From positions 4,285-68,284 of the forward strand of contig QZIL01000084.1 of assembly GCA_003599025.1 (NCBI GenBank): a stretch of 64,000 nucleotides of DNA, read 5' to 3'. Position 1 is the first letter of the stretch, and each line of letters opens with the position of its first letter. This DNA comes from Nitrospiraceae bacterium. Lineage in GTDB: Bacteria > Nitrospirota > Thermodesulfovibrionia > UBA6902. The notes under the pieces are model-generated. The model had not been told where the DNA came from, ran no database searches, and worked only from the letters and a program-made list of their open reading frames with translations. Below are positions 9,943 to 20,201 of this stretch, in pieces. Made by a program: the position numbers and the translations under genes.

Positions 9943-10190
9943 TTATGGTTTGGACCGGTCAGGAACCGGAACGCACCATGCAGAATTAATATAGTAAACC
10001 AAGGGAACTCTGACCCGTGATATAAAATCGGGATTTCTTGTACAAGTTATACAGCAACATCCGTTATTTCATGCAGTTCAGTTTTATCAATATCCCGCAC
10101 CTTAGTGTTGAAATTTAAAAGTTTCTGCTGTAATATCATCGAAGATTTCAATATGAAACATAGCTGGAGCAGACTTGCGTTGCGAATGAT

Positions 10191-10811
10191 ATGAAACTGG
10201 ATGTCCCGGTAATAGGAATTCTGAGGGGAGTGGAGGCTGCCTTTTTCAGGAGCATCATGGACGTCTCGTTTGTCTCGGGTCTTCAGGCCATAGAGATTAC
10301 TATGAACACTGATCAGGCCCTGAATATCGTATCGGCAAACATAGCATCTGTGCCTTCCGGAAAGTTACTGGGGATGGGGACCATACGCAATCTTGCAGAG
10401 GCAAGAAAGGCCGTAGAAGCAGGCGCCATGTTCCTCGTTACGCCGAATACGGACCCTGAAGTAATCCGGTATGCAAAATCAAAATCTGTCCCGATAATTT
10501 CAGGTGCGCTTACGCCAACTGAAGTATACACCGCATGGTCTGCCGGAGCTGACATGGTAAAGGTATTCCCATGCCGGTCTTTTGGTCCGGAGTACTTCCG
10601 TGAACTCAGAGGACCGTACGAACTGATACCATTGGTCGCAGTAGGGGGTGTCGATATGGACAACATCAGGGAGTATTTTGCTGCAGGTGCCGGGGCTGTG
10701 GGGGCTAGTACCTCGCTTTTTGGCAGGAAGGCATTAATGGAACGTGACCTCGAAGCTATTGCCCAAAACGTAAAAAAATTTATTGCCCTTTGCCCTGATC
10801 TGAAGAAATAA
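10191..10811 (+). CDS. eda: KDPG / 4-hydroxy-2-oxoglutarate aldolase family protein (Eda-type class I aldolase)
   Basis: VIGILRG...AIEITMNT...GMGTI.....A..AV.AGA.FLVTPN...ISGALTPTEV..AW.AGADMVKVFPC...GP.YF.EL.GP...IPLVAVGGV are hallmarks of the Eda TIM barrel. Confidence 0.8.
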   Translation: MKLDVPVIGILRGVEAAFFRSIMDVSFVSGLQAIEITMNTDQALNIVSANIASVPSGKLLGMGTIRNLAEARKAVEAGAMFLVTPNTDPEVIRYAKSKSVPIISGALTPTEVYTAWSAGADMVKVFPCRSFGPEYFRELRGPYELIPLVAVGGVDMDNIREYFAAGAGAVGASTSLFGRKALMERDLEAIAQNVKKFIALCPDLKK

Positions 10812-10864
10812 ATTATAATATCCACTCAATATATATATTCTAATTATCATTAAGGAGACGATAC

Positions 10865-11815
10865 ATGTACAGACCGGAAATAAAAGTGATAGACTGCTCC
10901 GTCCGTGACGGGGGATTAATGAATAAGTGGCAGTTCAGTGACGACTTTGTCTGCAAGGTTTATACAGCCTGCACTGAGGCCGGAGTCGATTACATGGAGA
11001 TCGGCTATCTGAGTTCAGAGTCCGCATTTTCACGTGCCGAAGTCGGTCCATGGAAATTCTGCGCTGAAGCCGATATCCAGCGCATTATCGGGAAGAGTGA
11101 AAAAAGGATAAAGCTCTCGGCAATGGCAGACATAGGCCGTATCGATTATCAGGACATTCCGCTTAAAGCCGACAGCTCTCTGGATATGATAAGAGTTGCA
11201 TGTTACGCGCATCAGACTGACGCTGCCATAGACCTTGCACACCATTGCATCGATAAAGGGTACGAGACCACCATTAACGTTATGGCGGTATCTACCGTGG
11301 GACTGAGGGAGCTGGATGAAGCGCTTACAGATCTCTCTAAAAGCCGCGTTCCGATTATTTATGTTGTGGACAGCTTCGGTTCTTTTTATTCCGAGGACAT
11401 AGAGCTGCTCGCAAAAAAATACATGGAGTATCTGCCTGGCAAGACCATCGGTATTCACTGCCACAATAACCAGCAGCTGGCCTTTGCCAATACCATATCC
11501 GCTATAATCTCCGGTATTAATTACCTCGATGCAAGTCTGTACGGCATAGGAAGGGGAGCCGGCAACTGTCCTCTGGAGCTTCTTATCGCATTTTTGAAGA
11601 ACCCCAAATTCAAGGTGCGTCCGCTTATCGAGGCTATAGAGGCAGAGATTCTTCCGTGGCAGGAGAAGATCGACTGGGGGTACTACATTCCATATATGGT
11701 TTCAGGAGTACTTAATCAGCATCCGCGTGCTGCCATGGCCCACATGGAATCGGACAAAAAGAACAGGATAGTCCAGTTCTTTGATCAGATGACCAACGCT
11801 ACAGAGCTGGGATAA
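10865..11815 (+). CDS. HMGL-like (DRE-TIM metallolyase, pyruvate carboxyltransferase-fold) aldolase
   Basis: N-terminal IKVIDCSVRDGG...GVDYMEIGY and later IGIHCHNNQQLAFANT match the DRE-TIM metal-binding pattern (D-R-E ... H.H). The RBS is aaggagacg, 5 nt before the ATG. Confidence 0.7.
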   Translation: MYRPEIKVIDCSVRDGGLMNKWQFSDDFVCKVYTACTEAGVDYMEIGYLSSESAFSRAEVGPWKFCAEADIQRIIGKSEKRIKLSAMADIGRIDYQDIPLKADSSLDMIRVACYAHQTDAAIDLAHHCIDKGYETTINVMAVSTVGLRELDEALTDLSKSRVPIIYVVDSFGSFYSEDIELLAKKYMEYLPGKTIGIHCHNNQQLAFANTISAIISGINYLDASLYGIGRGAGNCPLELLIAFLKNPKFKVRPLIEAIEAEILPWQEKIDWGYYIPYMVSGVLNQHPRAAMAHMESDKKNRIVQFFDQMTNATELG

Positions 11816-11867
11816 TGATAAATGATACTGGAAAATATCAGGACTACATTTCCGGGAGGTAATCATA

Positions 11868-12104
11868 ATGGATGAGTATGAAAGAGAAATGGAAATAATC
11901 GCATTGCTGTCAAATCCTGACAGCAATTACACATATATTGATTGTGACAAAGAGGTGATAGACCATTCATGTGAGAAAACAAATGAGCAGCGGCAAATAA
12001 AGCTGATAGAAGTAGAATATTTTAAAGACGCCAAATTAAATGAAGGCCGGGCGAATTTCTGCCATAAATGTAATCAGGTGTTTGTCTATAAACCCGGTGC
12101 CTGA
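11868..12104 (+). CDS. Hypothetical small Cys-containing protein (78 aa)
   Basis: ORF with an RBS-like ggaggt upstream, co-directional with the two aldolases. It carries C-x8-C ... CHKC, a possible zinc ribbon. I recognise no family. Confidence 0.35.
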   Translation: MDEYEREMEIIALLSNPDSNYTYIDCDKEVIDHSCEKTNEQRQIKLIEVEYFKDAKLNEGRANFCHKCNQVFVYKPGA

Positions 12105-12137
12105 TATGTAGTCTCCTTATCTGATTTCTGTAAATAA

Positions 12138-15100
12138 TTATTTTTCATCTGGACGTCCCGGTTTTCTGGTTATCAATTCAAACGGTTTCCAGTATAACCT
12201 TCGGACTGTCTCGACATAAGAGCCCATCCGGTTCCGCATTGAATCAAAGAGTGAATAAAGGGTTGGTACCACAACAAGTGTGAGAAATGTAGCGAGCATA
12301 AGGCCGTAAATAACAACGACTGCCATTGTACGCCACCACTGCGTTGACTCGCTTACCCATGACATTTGCCAGTTCTGAAAATCATACGACACGCCGGTCA
12401 TCATCGGGATAAGACCGAGAATGGTTGTTATTGCCGTCAACAGCACAGGCCTCAGTCTTGTAGCGCCACCTGCAATTACCGCCTCACTAATGCTCATTCC
12501 CCTGTCCCGGAGCTTGTTCGTATAATCCACGAGCACAATGGCGTTGTTTACAACGACACCGGCAAGCGATATTACGCCCACACCTGTCATGATGATACCG
12601 AAGGGGGAGCTTATAGTCATGAGACCAAGAAATACCCCGCCCAGGGACAACACGACCGAGGTCATGATGATAAAGGGCTGTGATATGGAATTAAACATTG
12701 CGACCAGGATGAGGAATATAAGGAATAGCGCCACGATAAATGATCTGGACAGGAATTCTTCAGACTCTTTCTGGAATTCGAATTCACCTGTGAACTGGGT
12801 CCTGTAGCCTGGAGGAAGCTGGAAGTCCTTCAGAAGTTCCTCAGCCTGCACGCGTGCCACTGCACCCGGTATCTTTGTCTCATCCACGTTTGCCTTGACA
12901 GTAACGACCCTCGCGTGGTTTATCCTTATTACATTTCCGATGCTGCCGGTATAATCAATCCTGGCTAGAGTTGTAAGAGGGACGAGCCTGCCTTCAGGTG
13001 TCGGCAGCATCAGTTCATGCAGCACATCAGTGACCCTTCTGTCCGGGTCTGATAGCTGGACTGTTATATCATAGTCTTCATCGTCCTCACGGTATGTAGA
13101 GACATTAAGGCCGTTGTATCCTGTCTTGAGGGCAAACCCTATTGAGTCTGTAGTCAGCCCGAACAGCGCTGCCTTCTGGCGGTCGACCGTAACCCTTACG
13201 GACGGTGTCCCTTCCACATAATCGTCCCTGATGTCTTCAACATACGGGACCTGCTCTATTATCTTCCTTATCTCTCCTGCGAGACGTCCGAGTATCCTGA
13301 AATCTGTCCCGGATATTTCAATATTAATAGGTGCACCCGTGGGAGGTCCTTCCTCAGCCTCTGCCACAGTCACCTTTGCACCGGGGATGTCCCTGACCCG
13401 CTCGCGGATCTTTTCGAGTGTCTCTGATGAAGGGACACGCCTGTCCTGGAGGTCCAGAAACTGTATGCCCACATGGTTTGCGGCAGTAGGCTCAAAGGCC
13501 GAACCGGCGGTGGGATAGGCCATTGACCTTGCATAGATATATTCCACGTTTTCCAGATCGCTCGGACCGGTATATTCATCCCCGTTGCTTTTCTTGTGGT
13601 ATTTTAAAAGAAATGACTCTTTGTACCTGCCTTCAAATGTATCAGCTGAATTGTCAGATTTTTTTTCTGAAACGCCGTTAATATGCATTTCGATCTGCTT
13701 CAAAATGCGGTCGTTGTAATCGATGTTGGACCCTTCAGGCACATCGATATTCACATACATGGATTTAGGATCAATATGGGGGAAAAACTCTACCGGTTTT
13801 TCAAGCCCTACAAGCAGGAGCCATCCCTGTACAAGGAGTATAAGACCGGCAAACGAGATCAGCAGCACTGCGATCCGATGCGCCAGAGCCCCTCTGAGAA
13901 GTTTCGAATAGAAAGTAAGAAACACTCCTTTTATCTCAACAGGTTTTTCTCCTGCTGCAGACGCCTCTTCAGGACTGAGCTGCTGACCGGTTGTATTTGA
14001 GGCCTTCATGAAAAAAGCTGCGAGCGCGGGGTTTATCACCATTGCGACAAACAGGCTTGAGGTCAGGGTGACAATTACTGTAATAGGGAGGTAGCTCATG
14101 AACTCTCCCATTATCCCCGGCCAGAATATCATAGGAAGGAAAGCGGCAAGTGTGGTGAGCGTTGAGCCGATAACTGGCCAGGCCACCTCAGACGTAGCGC
14201 GCATTGCAGCATCAATGCGGGATACGCCCTGCTGCATATAGCGGTAGATGTTTTCTACTATTACAATGGCATTGTCAACGAGCATGCCGAGCGCTAGTGT
14301 AAGGCTGAAGAGTACGACCATGTTAAGGGTTATGCCCATTGAATACAGGACGATGAATGACAGTAGCATCGAAAAGGGGATTGCGAGGCCCACGAGGACC
14401 GCGTTCCTTAAACCCATTGCAAAGAGAAGAACGATGACCACGAGTATGAGTCCTGTAAGTATATTATTGTTCAGGTCGGCTACCATCATGCGTATGTCCT
14501 TGGCCTTGTCCATCACCTTGATAATTTCAGTACCTCCGGGCCAGGTCGCGCTCAGGCGGGACAGTATCTCATCAATCCTGTCAGTTATCTCGATGATATT
14601 TTCTCCGGCCCGTTTCTTTACAGCAATGTTTACCGATTCCCTGCCGTTCAGACGCGAACGACTGGTTTCGTCCTTGAACCCGTCAACCACGCGGGCAACG
14701 TCTTTAAGATAGACCGGATGCCCGTTGTGTGTGCCCACGACCAGGCCGTATATTTCTTGAGGAGTCCTGAATTCCCCGGGCACCCTGAGCTGGAAACGCC
14801 CGTCCCCGAGCCTGATGGCCCCACCGGATATGTTCTGGTTCTCGCTTGATACTACCCGCTGGAAAGCGGTGACCGGGATATTGTAATAGGCAAGTTTATC
14901 GGGAATGATCTCAACACGGATTTCCCGTTCGAGAGCTCCTGCTATTGTCACATCAAGCACGCCGGGTATCGCTTCGATCTCGTCTTCGATCTCGTCAGCA
15001 ATCTTTTTCAGGCATGGGTTTCCACAGGTGCCGCTCAGGGAAAATACCACTATAGGCATCTCGGAAAAGTTCACCTCAAATACCGCCGGGTCGTCCTCGA

Positions 15101-15467
15101 GGTCGGTCGGAAGATCGTTCTTTGACTCATCCACCTTGTTCCTGACCTTCTCTATTGCGCTGTCAATGTCAGTGCCGGTCACGAATTCTATGCTTATTGA
15201 GGACTCACCTTCAGAACTTATTGAATGTACTTTTTTAACGCCTTCAAGGCCCTTGAGCTTCTTTTCTATGGGGATGGTTATTGATGTCTCGATGTCCGAA
15301 GGTGAGACGCCCTTATATGTAGTTGAAACGAATACAAAGGGGATGGTTATGTCTGGTTCGCTCTCGCGGGGCATGACCTTATAGCAGTACGCGCCAAAGA
15401 CCAGTATGATGACAGCCAGCACCATTACGCTTATTCTCTGTCTTACTGCGGAGTCCGAAAGGATCAT
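12138..15467 (-). CDS. RND efflux transporter permease (AcrB/HAE1 type)
   Basis: 1109 aa with twelve-TM RND architecture. Typical segments include AIRLGDGRFQLRV, LALGMLVDNAIVIVENI and LAGVVVNNAIVLVDY. The start overlaps the adaptor gene stop by 4 nt. Confidence 0.95.
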   Translation of the reverse strand: MILSDSAVRQRISVMVLAVIILVFGAYCYKVMPRESEPDITIPFVFVSTTYKGVSPSDIETSITIPIEKKLKGLEGVKKVHSISSEGESSISIEFVTGTDIDSAIEKVRNKVDESKNDLPTDLEDDPAVFEVNFSEMPIVVFSLSGTCGNPCLKKIADEIEDEIEAIPGVLDVTIAGALEREIRVEIIPDKLAYYNIPVTAFQRVVSSENQNISGGAIRLGDGRFQLRVPGEFRTPQEIYGLVVGTHNGHPVYLKDVARVVDGFKDETSRSRLNGRESVNIAVKKRAGENIIEITDRIDEILSRLSATWPGGTEIIKVMDKAKDIRMMVADLNNNILTGLILVVIVLLFAMGLRNAVLVGLAIPFSMLLSFIVLYSMGITLNMVVLFSLTLALGMLVDNAIVIVENIYRYMQQGVSRIDAAMRATSEVAWPVIGSTLTTLAAFLPMIFWPGIMGEFMSYLPITVIVTLTSSLFVAMVINPALAAFFMKASNTTGQQLSPEEASAAGEKPVEIKGVFLTFYSKLLRGALAHRIAVLLISFAGLILLVQGWLLLVGLEKPVEFFPHIDPKSMYVNIDVPEGSNIDYNDRILKQIEMHINGVSEKKSDNSADTFEGRYKESFLLKYHKKSNGDEYTGPSDLENVEYIYARSMAYPTAGSAFEPTAANHVGIQFLDLQDRRVPSSETLEKIRERVRDIPGAKVTVAEAEEGPPTGAPINIEISGTDFRILGRLAGEIRKIIEQVPYVEDIRDDYVEGTPSVRVTVDRQKAALFGLTTDSIGFALKTGYNGLNVSTYREDDEDYDITVQLSDPDRRVTDVLHELMLPTPEGRLVPLTTLARIDYTGSIGNVIRINHARVVTVKANVDETKIPGAVARVQAEELLKDFQLPPGYRTQFTGEFEFQKESEEFLSRSFIVALFLIFLILVAMFNSISQPFIIMTSVVLSLGGVFLGLMTISSPFGIIMTGVGVISLAGVVVNNAIVLVDYTNKLRDRGMSISEAVIAGGATRLRPVLLTAITTILGLIPMMTGVSYDFQNWQMSWVSESTQWWRTMAVVVIYGLMLATFLTLVVVPTLYSLFDSMRNRMGSYVETVRRLYWKPFELITRKPGRPDEK

Positions 15468-16600
15468 CTAAAAAGGTCCTCCGCATTTGATACTGTACGT
15501 ACGACATTTACACTCTGACCTTCATCAACGCTCCTGTGTCCCACTACAATCACTTTATCCTTTTCAGCAAGGCCCCTGGTAATCTGTATCCTCCAGCCGT
15601 CGAGGATGCCTGTCTCGACCAGCCGGGCGTGAGCGGTCCCGTCCTTTTCAACAAAAATGAGCTGCTCGCCGCCGCGCGCTATAACTGCATAAAGAGGAAC
15701 AGCGAAGCCGTTTTTTACTTCCTGCTTTACTATGTTTACCCTTGCGAACATTCCCGGAAGTATCTCTCCCCCTGGATTGTCGACCGCGATTTCGAGTTTG
15801 TACAGATGCGCATAGGACTCAGGGCTTTTTGAAAGAAAATATCTTTTGCCACGAACTGATTTGTCCAGGGCGCTGATCTTGATGTCAAAATGTTCGAGTC
15901 TCCGTACTTCGTCTACATCAGACTCGGGTATACCTGCGCTCACCTTAACTTTGCTGATGTCGAGTATGACAGCTACCGGGTCCTGAACATTCAGATGGAG
16001 GCCCTCCTTTGCGTCCAGATGGTTCAGTATTCCGCTGACAGGGGCCGTTATACGGCACCGTTCGAGTCTGAGTTCTGCATTCTGAAGTGAGGCATACAGG
16101 TTGTCTGCCCGTGCTGCTTCACTGTCAAGCCGGGCCTGTGTTATTAGTTTTTCTTCGAACAGGTCCTTTGTGCGGGCCAGGTTCTTCAGAGCCAGCTCAT
16201 ACTCGGCGCGGACGGAGGCGAGTTCATTTTCATAGTCCCGCGTATCGATCACGGCTATGACATCGCCTTTTTTTACCTGGGCACCTTCTTTAAGCGGAAC
16301 ACTTGTCAGCTTGCCTGAGACCTCGGCAGAGACCTTGAGTTCAACCCATGCCTCGACCTGTGCGGGCAGGTCCAGCCGGTCCTGGACCGGCATAGGCAAA
16401 ACATCGAGAGTGACCACGTTTACCGGCGGGCGTTCTTTATGCATGGAGGCGAGTTTTTCTGCCTTTATCCTCTCTCCTTCGGTCCTGACACGAGATGACA
16501 TCACAAAGATAATAATCAGCAGCAGGACGACAATAAGAGAAGGCAGCATGCCCCATATCTTCTTTAGTATCTTTTCTTTTTTTGTGTATTCTATTTCCAT
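15464..16600 (-). CDS. RND efflux periplasmic adaptor (membrane fusion protein, HlyD family)
   Basis: 378 aa with an N-terminal TM segment, a coiled-coil hairpin (ELASVRAEYELALKNLARTKDLFE...) and a barrel-sandwich motif (ITAPVSGIL). It is translationally coupled to the permease. Confidence 0.9.
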   Translation of the reverse strand: MEIEYTKKEKILKKIWGMLPSLIVVLLLIIIFVMSSRVRTEGERIKAEKLASMHKERPPVNVVTLDVLPMPVQDRLDLPAQVEAWVELKVSAEVSGKLTSVPLKEGAQVKKGDVIAVIDTRDYENELASVRAEYELALKNLARTKDLFEEKLITQARLDSEAARADNLYASLQNAELRLERCRITAPVSGILNHLDAKEGLHLNVQDPVAVILDISKVKVSAGIPESDVDEVRRLEHFDIKISALDKSVRGKRYFLSKSPESYAHLYKLEIAVDNPGGEILPGMFARVNIVKQEVKNGFAVPLYAVIARGGEQLIFVEKDGTAHARLVETGILDGWRIQITRGLAEKDKVIVVGHRSVDEGQSVNVVRTVSNAEDLFR

Positions 16601-16690
16601 ACCGTCTCCATTTCAGTGTTAGAAGCTTTCAGCAGTCAGCTTTGTACACAATTATTTTCATTAGCGTCTGTCCATGAATTTGATCTATTT

Positions 16691-16797
16691 GTCATACCAG
16701 CGAAAGCTGGTATCCAGTTTTTTATAAAGGTACTGGATTCTCGAATCGAGTCTACTCGACGAGTCGATCCGACCGGCTTAAAGACTGCCGGAATGAC
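16691..16797. repeat. Copy of the modular hairpin repeat family (GTCATACC-hairpin ... GGAATGAC)
   Basis: gtcataccagcgaaagctggtatccag ... ctggattc ... ctgccggaatgac. The stem ACCAGC/GCTGGT replaces the TCCCGC/GCGGGA stem of other copies. It translates to the spurious IPAFAGMT / VIPAKAGIQ peptides seen in ORFs 16616..17014 and 16636..16827. Confidence 0.7.
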
Positions 16798-16826
16798 GAT
16801 CCAATCGCTGAGTTTATGGACAAGCA

Positions 16827-17429
16827 CTAATCAGGTACAACCACAGTTTCATTCATATACGGCCTCAGAAGTTTCCGCATCATGTCGATGCCTTCCTCCA
16901 CCCTGGCGATTGTTATTTTTTTCCCTCCTGATTCCAGATAAGAATGCCAGTAAGTACCTATTATCCAGAGGGATGTCTTCAAAAACTCGATCTCGGACTC
17001 GTCCATGTCCCTGAAAATCCCGGCTTCAATGAAGGCGAGGATACTATACCTGATTTCCGTGAGCCGTCTTTTCTGGTCCCTTATGATCGCTGCTTTAAGG
17101 TCTTTATCACGATTGAGAAGGGCATTGAATTCCCGGTATAAGAAGCGGTACTTCCAGTGAAGGGTAAGGACCCGCATGAAGACCGCCTCCATATTCTCGA
17201 TTGACGGTTTTACACGGAATCCAGACCCGTATGACGAACCTGTTTCAGTAAATTCAACTATCCTGTCAAAGACCGCCCTGATTATCGCCTCTTTGTTTCT
17301 GAAGTGGTAATAGAGGTTACCGGGACTTATCCCGGCAGCTGCGGCGATGTGGTTGGTCGTTACTGACTTGGTGCCTTTTTGATTAAAGAGCTTGATGGCG
17401 CTATGTATTATACGGTCTTTGGTTTCCAT
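16827..17429 (-). CDS. TetR/AcrR family transcriptional regulator
   Basis: N-terminal HTH IIHSAIKLFNQKGTKSVTTNHIAAAAGISPGNLYYHFRNKEAI. It lies upstream of, and co-directional with, the RND pair. Confidence 0.9.
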   Translation of the reverse strand: METKDRIIHSAIKLFNQKGTKSVTTNHIAAAAGISPGNLYYHFRNKEAIIRAVFDRIVEFTETGSSYGSGFRVKPSIENMEAVFMRVLTLHWKYRFLYREFNALLNRDKDLKAAIIRDQKRRLTEIRYSILAFIEAGIFRDMDESEIEFLKTSLWIIGTYWHSYLESGGKKITIARVEEGIDMMRKLLRPYMNETVVVPD

Positions 17430-17567
17430 GGCAATAAAATAAAGTCCATTTAATTTAGAGTAATTGCTCTAAATTGTCAATAAGGAAAGTTGCAGGGGGT
17501 GTACAGGGTGCCCCTTTGTCAGGAATTGTTGTGATCGGAAATGTGATATGCCGAAGTAGGAAACAGC

Positions 17568-17972
17568 CTACTTGCAGTTGCCGATGCGCCTGCCGCTCAT
17601 CTTCTGGACCATGTCCATGCCTTCCATCCGGGTCCTGGTCTCTCCGTCAAATGTATCGCCTTTATATGTGATTTTGCCGATGCTTTTAACTGTTTCTCCA
17701 TCAGTGGTGCATTTGATTTCCCAGGTCACGGTATTGCCTTTTGTTGAGGTGTTTATTATTTTGCAATCCCGGGTGTCTTCTGGTTTGTCCCTCGGCACAC
17801 TGTCTTTGCTTGTGAGACACTGGGTATGTTTGAACGGGGGCATCTTCATCCCAGGCATTTCCATGGAAGATGTGATTTCCCACAGGCCGTCTTTTAGTTC
17901 TAATGCTGATGAACTACTTGCAAGAAACAGTACTAAAAAAGTGGTTATTAAAGCCGTAACTTTGTAATACAT
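17568..17972 (-). CDS. DUF3617-like secreted protein
   Basis: Signal peptide followed by LKDGLWEITS...MPGM......HTQCLT......C......GNTVTWEIKC......GKITYKGDTFDG, the pattern I associate with DUF3617. Confidence 0.7.
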   Translation of the reverse strand: MYYKVTALITTFLVLFLASSSSALELKDGLWEITSSMEMPGMKMPPFKHTQCLTSKDSVPRDKPEDTRDCKIINTSTKGNTVTWEIKCTTDGETVKSIGKITYKGDTFDGETRTRMEGMDMVQKMSGRRIGNCK

Positions 17973-18217
17973 TGATTGCTCCTTTCAAAATATATTGAAT
18001 TATATAACCGCTGATATTATACACTTAACCGATGATGTTTAAGTATTGTATATGTGGAATGCCCCCATACGGACAAGACCCCCTCTGAGTATACTATGTG
18101 GTATCGATTACAAATTGTATAAATGCAATTGACTGGCAAGCTTGATGATCAGGGTGTAAAATAAGTCTTGTATCATGTAAGCATTAAAGTCTTATCAACT
18201 GGAAAAGGAGAAATATA

Positions 18218-19333
18218 ATGGCAAAATTATTTGAACCAGCCTCAATAAACGGCATGAACCTCAAAAACCGCCTTGTCCGCTCCGCAACATGGGAAGGGAT
18301 GTGTGAGGCGGACGGCAGACCTACTGACAAACTGGTCAATTATTATCGCGGCCTCTCAAAAGGAAGGGTGGGTCTGATAATAAGCGGTTATACTTTTGTC
18401 AGGCCTGATGGTAAGCAGCTGCCGGGCAAGATGGGGAGTCACACGGATAAATTTGCCCCTGAGATGAGGGCATTGACCAGAGCCGTCCATGATCAAGGAG
18501 GGAAGATATGCATTCAGCTGGTCCATTGCGGCGGACAGACGGATTCAGTCACTGCAGGTCGACAGCCGCTGGCGCCTTCTTCAGTGCAGGTTGAACAGTT
18601 CCCGGAGCTGCCGGCTGAACTGACAAAGGATGAAATCAGGGACATTGTTGAAGCCTTTAAAGAGGGTGCCCGCAGAGCCAAAGAATGGGGATTTGATGCT
18701 GTTCAGCTGCATGGTGCACATGGGTACCTTATTAACCAGTTCCTTTCACCGCTTACTAATCGCAGGACTGATGAATATGGCGGCAGTATTGAGAACCGCT
18801 GCCGGTTTCTGTTTGAAGTATATGACAATGTCCGTGAGGCTGTAGGTAAAAGTTATCCGGTGGTGATTAAACTTAATGCTGCTGACAATCTGGCAGGAGG
18901 TCTTGTTATTGATGATGCCATTTATACCTCAAAAAAGCTTTCAGAAGCCGGTATCGATGCCATAGAGGTATCAGCTGGTACTCCAGCTTCAGGTGAACAG
19001 AGCCCTGCTCGCGTAAAAATAGACAGTCCTGAAAAGGAGGCGTATAATCTTGGACCTGCCAGAAGGATAAAGGAGGTGGTAAACTGCCCTGTCATGGTGG
19101 TGGGTGGATTCCGGTCTTATGATGTTGCTGAGAAAACTCTCGGTGATTATGGACTGGATTACATCTCCATGGCAAGACCGTTTATCCGTGAACCTGAACT
19201 GGCCCGGCGATGGGAGCAGGGGGACACATCACCTGCGAGGTGTATTTCCTGCAACGGGTGTTTCAAGCCTGGCCTTAAGGAGGGCGGGATCTATTGTGTG
19301 GTGGAGGCCAGGGAAATGGGCAAGAAGTCGTAA
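18218..19333 (+). CDS. NADH:flavin oxidoreductase, Old Yellow Enzyme family
   Basis: LKNRLVRSATWE...GLIISG...VHD.GGKICIQLVHCG...GFDAVQLHGAHGYLINQFLSP..N.RTDEYGGS.ENR.RF is the OYE TIM barrel. The C-terminus carries CISCNGC. Confidence 0.9.
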   Translation: MAKLFEPASINGMNLKNRLVRSATWEGMCEADGRPTDKLVNYYRGLSKGRVGLIISGYTFVRPDGKQLPGKMGSHTDKFAPEMRALTRAVHDQGGKICIQLVHCGGQTDSVTAGRQPLAPSSVQVEQFPELPAELTKDEIRDIVEAFKEGARRAKEWGFDAVQLHGAHGYLINQFLSPLTNRRTDEYGGSIENRCRFLFEVYDNVREAVGKSYPVVIKLNAADNLAGGLVIDDAIYTSKKLSEAGIDAIEVSAGTPASGEQSPARVKIDSPEKEAYNLGPARRIKEVVNCPVMVVGGFRSYDVAEKTLGDYGLDYISMARPFIREPELARRWEQGDTSPARCISCNGCFKPGLKEGGIYCVVEAREMGKKS

Positions 19334-19415
19334 TCCCATGTTATATATTTGATTTTCGTCGCAGGAGCGGTTAGTCAGCGCGGTTACTATAAGTGGTGTA
19401 TATGACCGTTGTCTA

Positions 19416-19781
19416 TCATAGTTTGTCCCGGTTAACTAAATCAGGCGAAAAAGCGGGCAGGCACACAGCGACATATTCCGCTCCGTCCGGTCCCGGAGTG
19501 CTGTACTGGATCCATTCTCCGCCCTTGACTATGACAGCTTCCCCTTCACGGACATCCATTGATCCATCCTTTGTTGTGACCCGCAGTGTTCCGCGCAGGA
19601 CCAATGTATATTCGTCAAACTCCGGTTTCTGCCCTGGCTCGGTCCATCCACCGGGACTCTTCATCCGTGCGATACTTACCCTGTCAGTTTTTGAATTCAC
19701 ACGTCCGATGTATTCCCTGATTTCCTTGGGCTTATTGCCTGATGCTGCAATGATGGCTGGTCTTTTGATCAATATGGGCAT
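19416..19781 (-). CDS. Cupin domain protein
   Basis: 121 aa, with GGWTEP......DEYTLVLRGTLRVTT.DG..DV.EGEAVIV..GEW as the two-motif cupin barrel. Confidence 0.7.
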   Translation of the reverse strand: MPILIKRPAIIAASGNKPKEIREYIGRVNSKTDRVSIARMKSPGGWTEPGQKPEFDEYTLVLRGTLRVTTKDGSMDVREGEAVIVKGGEWIQYSTPGPDGAEYVAVCLPAFSPDLVNRDKL

Positions 19782-19787
19782 ATGTTA

Positions 19788-20201
19788 TCAGTGCTCCTTT
19801 TGTGAAATCTCAGCGGATGCATTTCCGCTTCCTATAAGCGGCAGTATCTTCTCGACTGCAAAGTGCACGAGATACTTCGGCCCCTTTGCCCTGTCCTCTT
19901 CAGGTGTTAGATTACCCCTTGTCATCTTTGCTATGAGAGGAGACTCTGTCTCTTCCTTTATCTTCCTGAGATGGAGTCTCAGGCCTCTGTATCCCGGTCC
20001 GCTTTCGTGAAATAAAAAAGATGCATAAGGATTGGATTGCAGATTATGATGGGTTAGCTTCTTACGCATAAGGAAGGCGACTGTACCGTCATCAAACACA
20101 TGCGGACGGGAATATATGGCAGCATTCACTCTTCCCTCTGAGTCAGCAGTGGAAAATACCCCCGTGCCTTTAGCAGTTAAGAAATAATTTTTTAAGTCCA
20201 T
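19788..20201 (-). CDS. Pyridoxamine 5'-phosphate oxidase-like FMN-binding protein
   Basis: 137 aa with VFSTADSEGRVNAAIYSRPHV.DDGTVAF....KLTHHNLQSNPYASFLF, the split-barrel pattern. It lies 6 nt upstream of the cupin gene on the same strand. Confidence 0.65.
   Translation of the reverse strand: MDLKNYFLTAKGTGVFSTADSEGRVNAAIYSRPHVFDDGTVAFLMRKKLTHHNLQSNPYASFLFHESGPGYRGLRLHLRKIKEETESPLIAKMTRGNLTPEEDRAKGPKYLVHFAVEKILPLIGSGNASAEISQKEH

Noticed and set aside
10313-10825. Long antisense or alternate-frame ORFs inside confidently assigned genes (e.g. 10313..10825, 11030..11464, 17572..17967, 19393..20010, 22389..22910, 27205..27735, 31415..32026, 52979..53719, 59924..60496)
   Set aside because: Each lies within a CDS with clear family signatures in another frame or on the other strand. 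Their translations are low-complexity or Ser/Arg/Cys-rich, with no recognisable motifs.
16616-17014. ORFs 16616..17014 (+) and 16636..16827 (-) in the gap between the MFP and TetR genes
   Set aside because: They are read-throughs of the hairpin repeat (peptides VIPAKAGIQ / IPAFAGMT) and of the antisense strand of the TetR gene. There is no RBS and no family resemblance.
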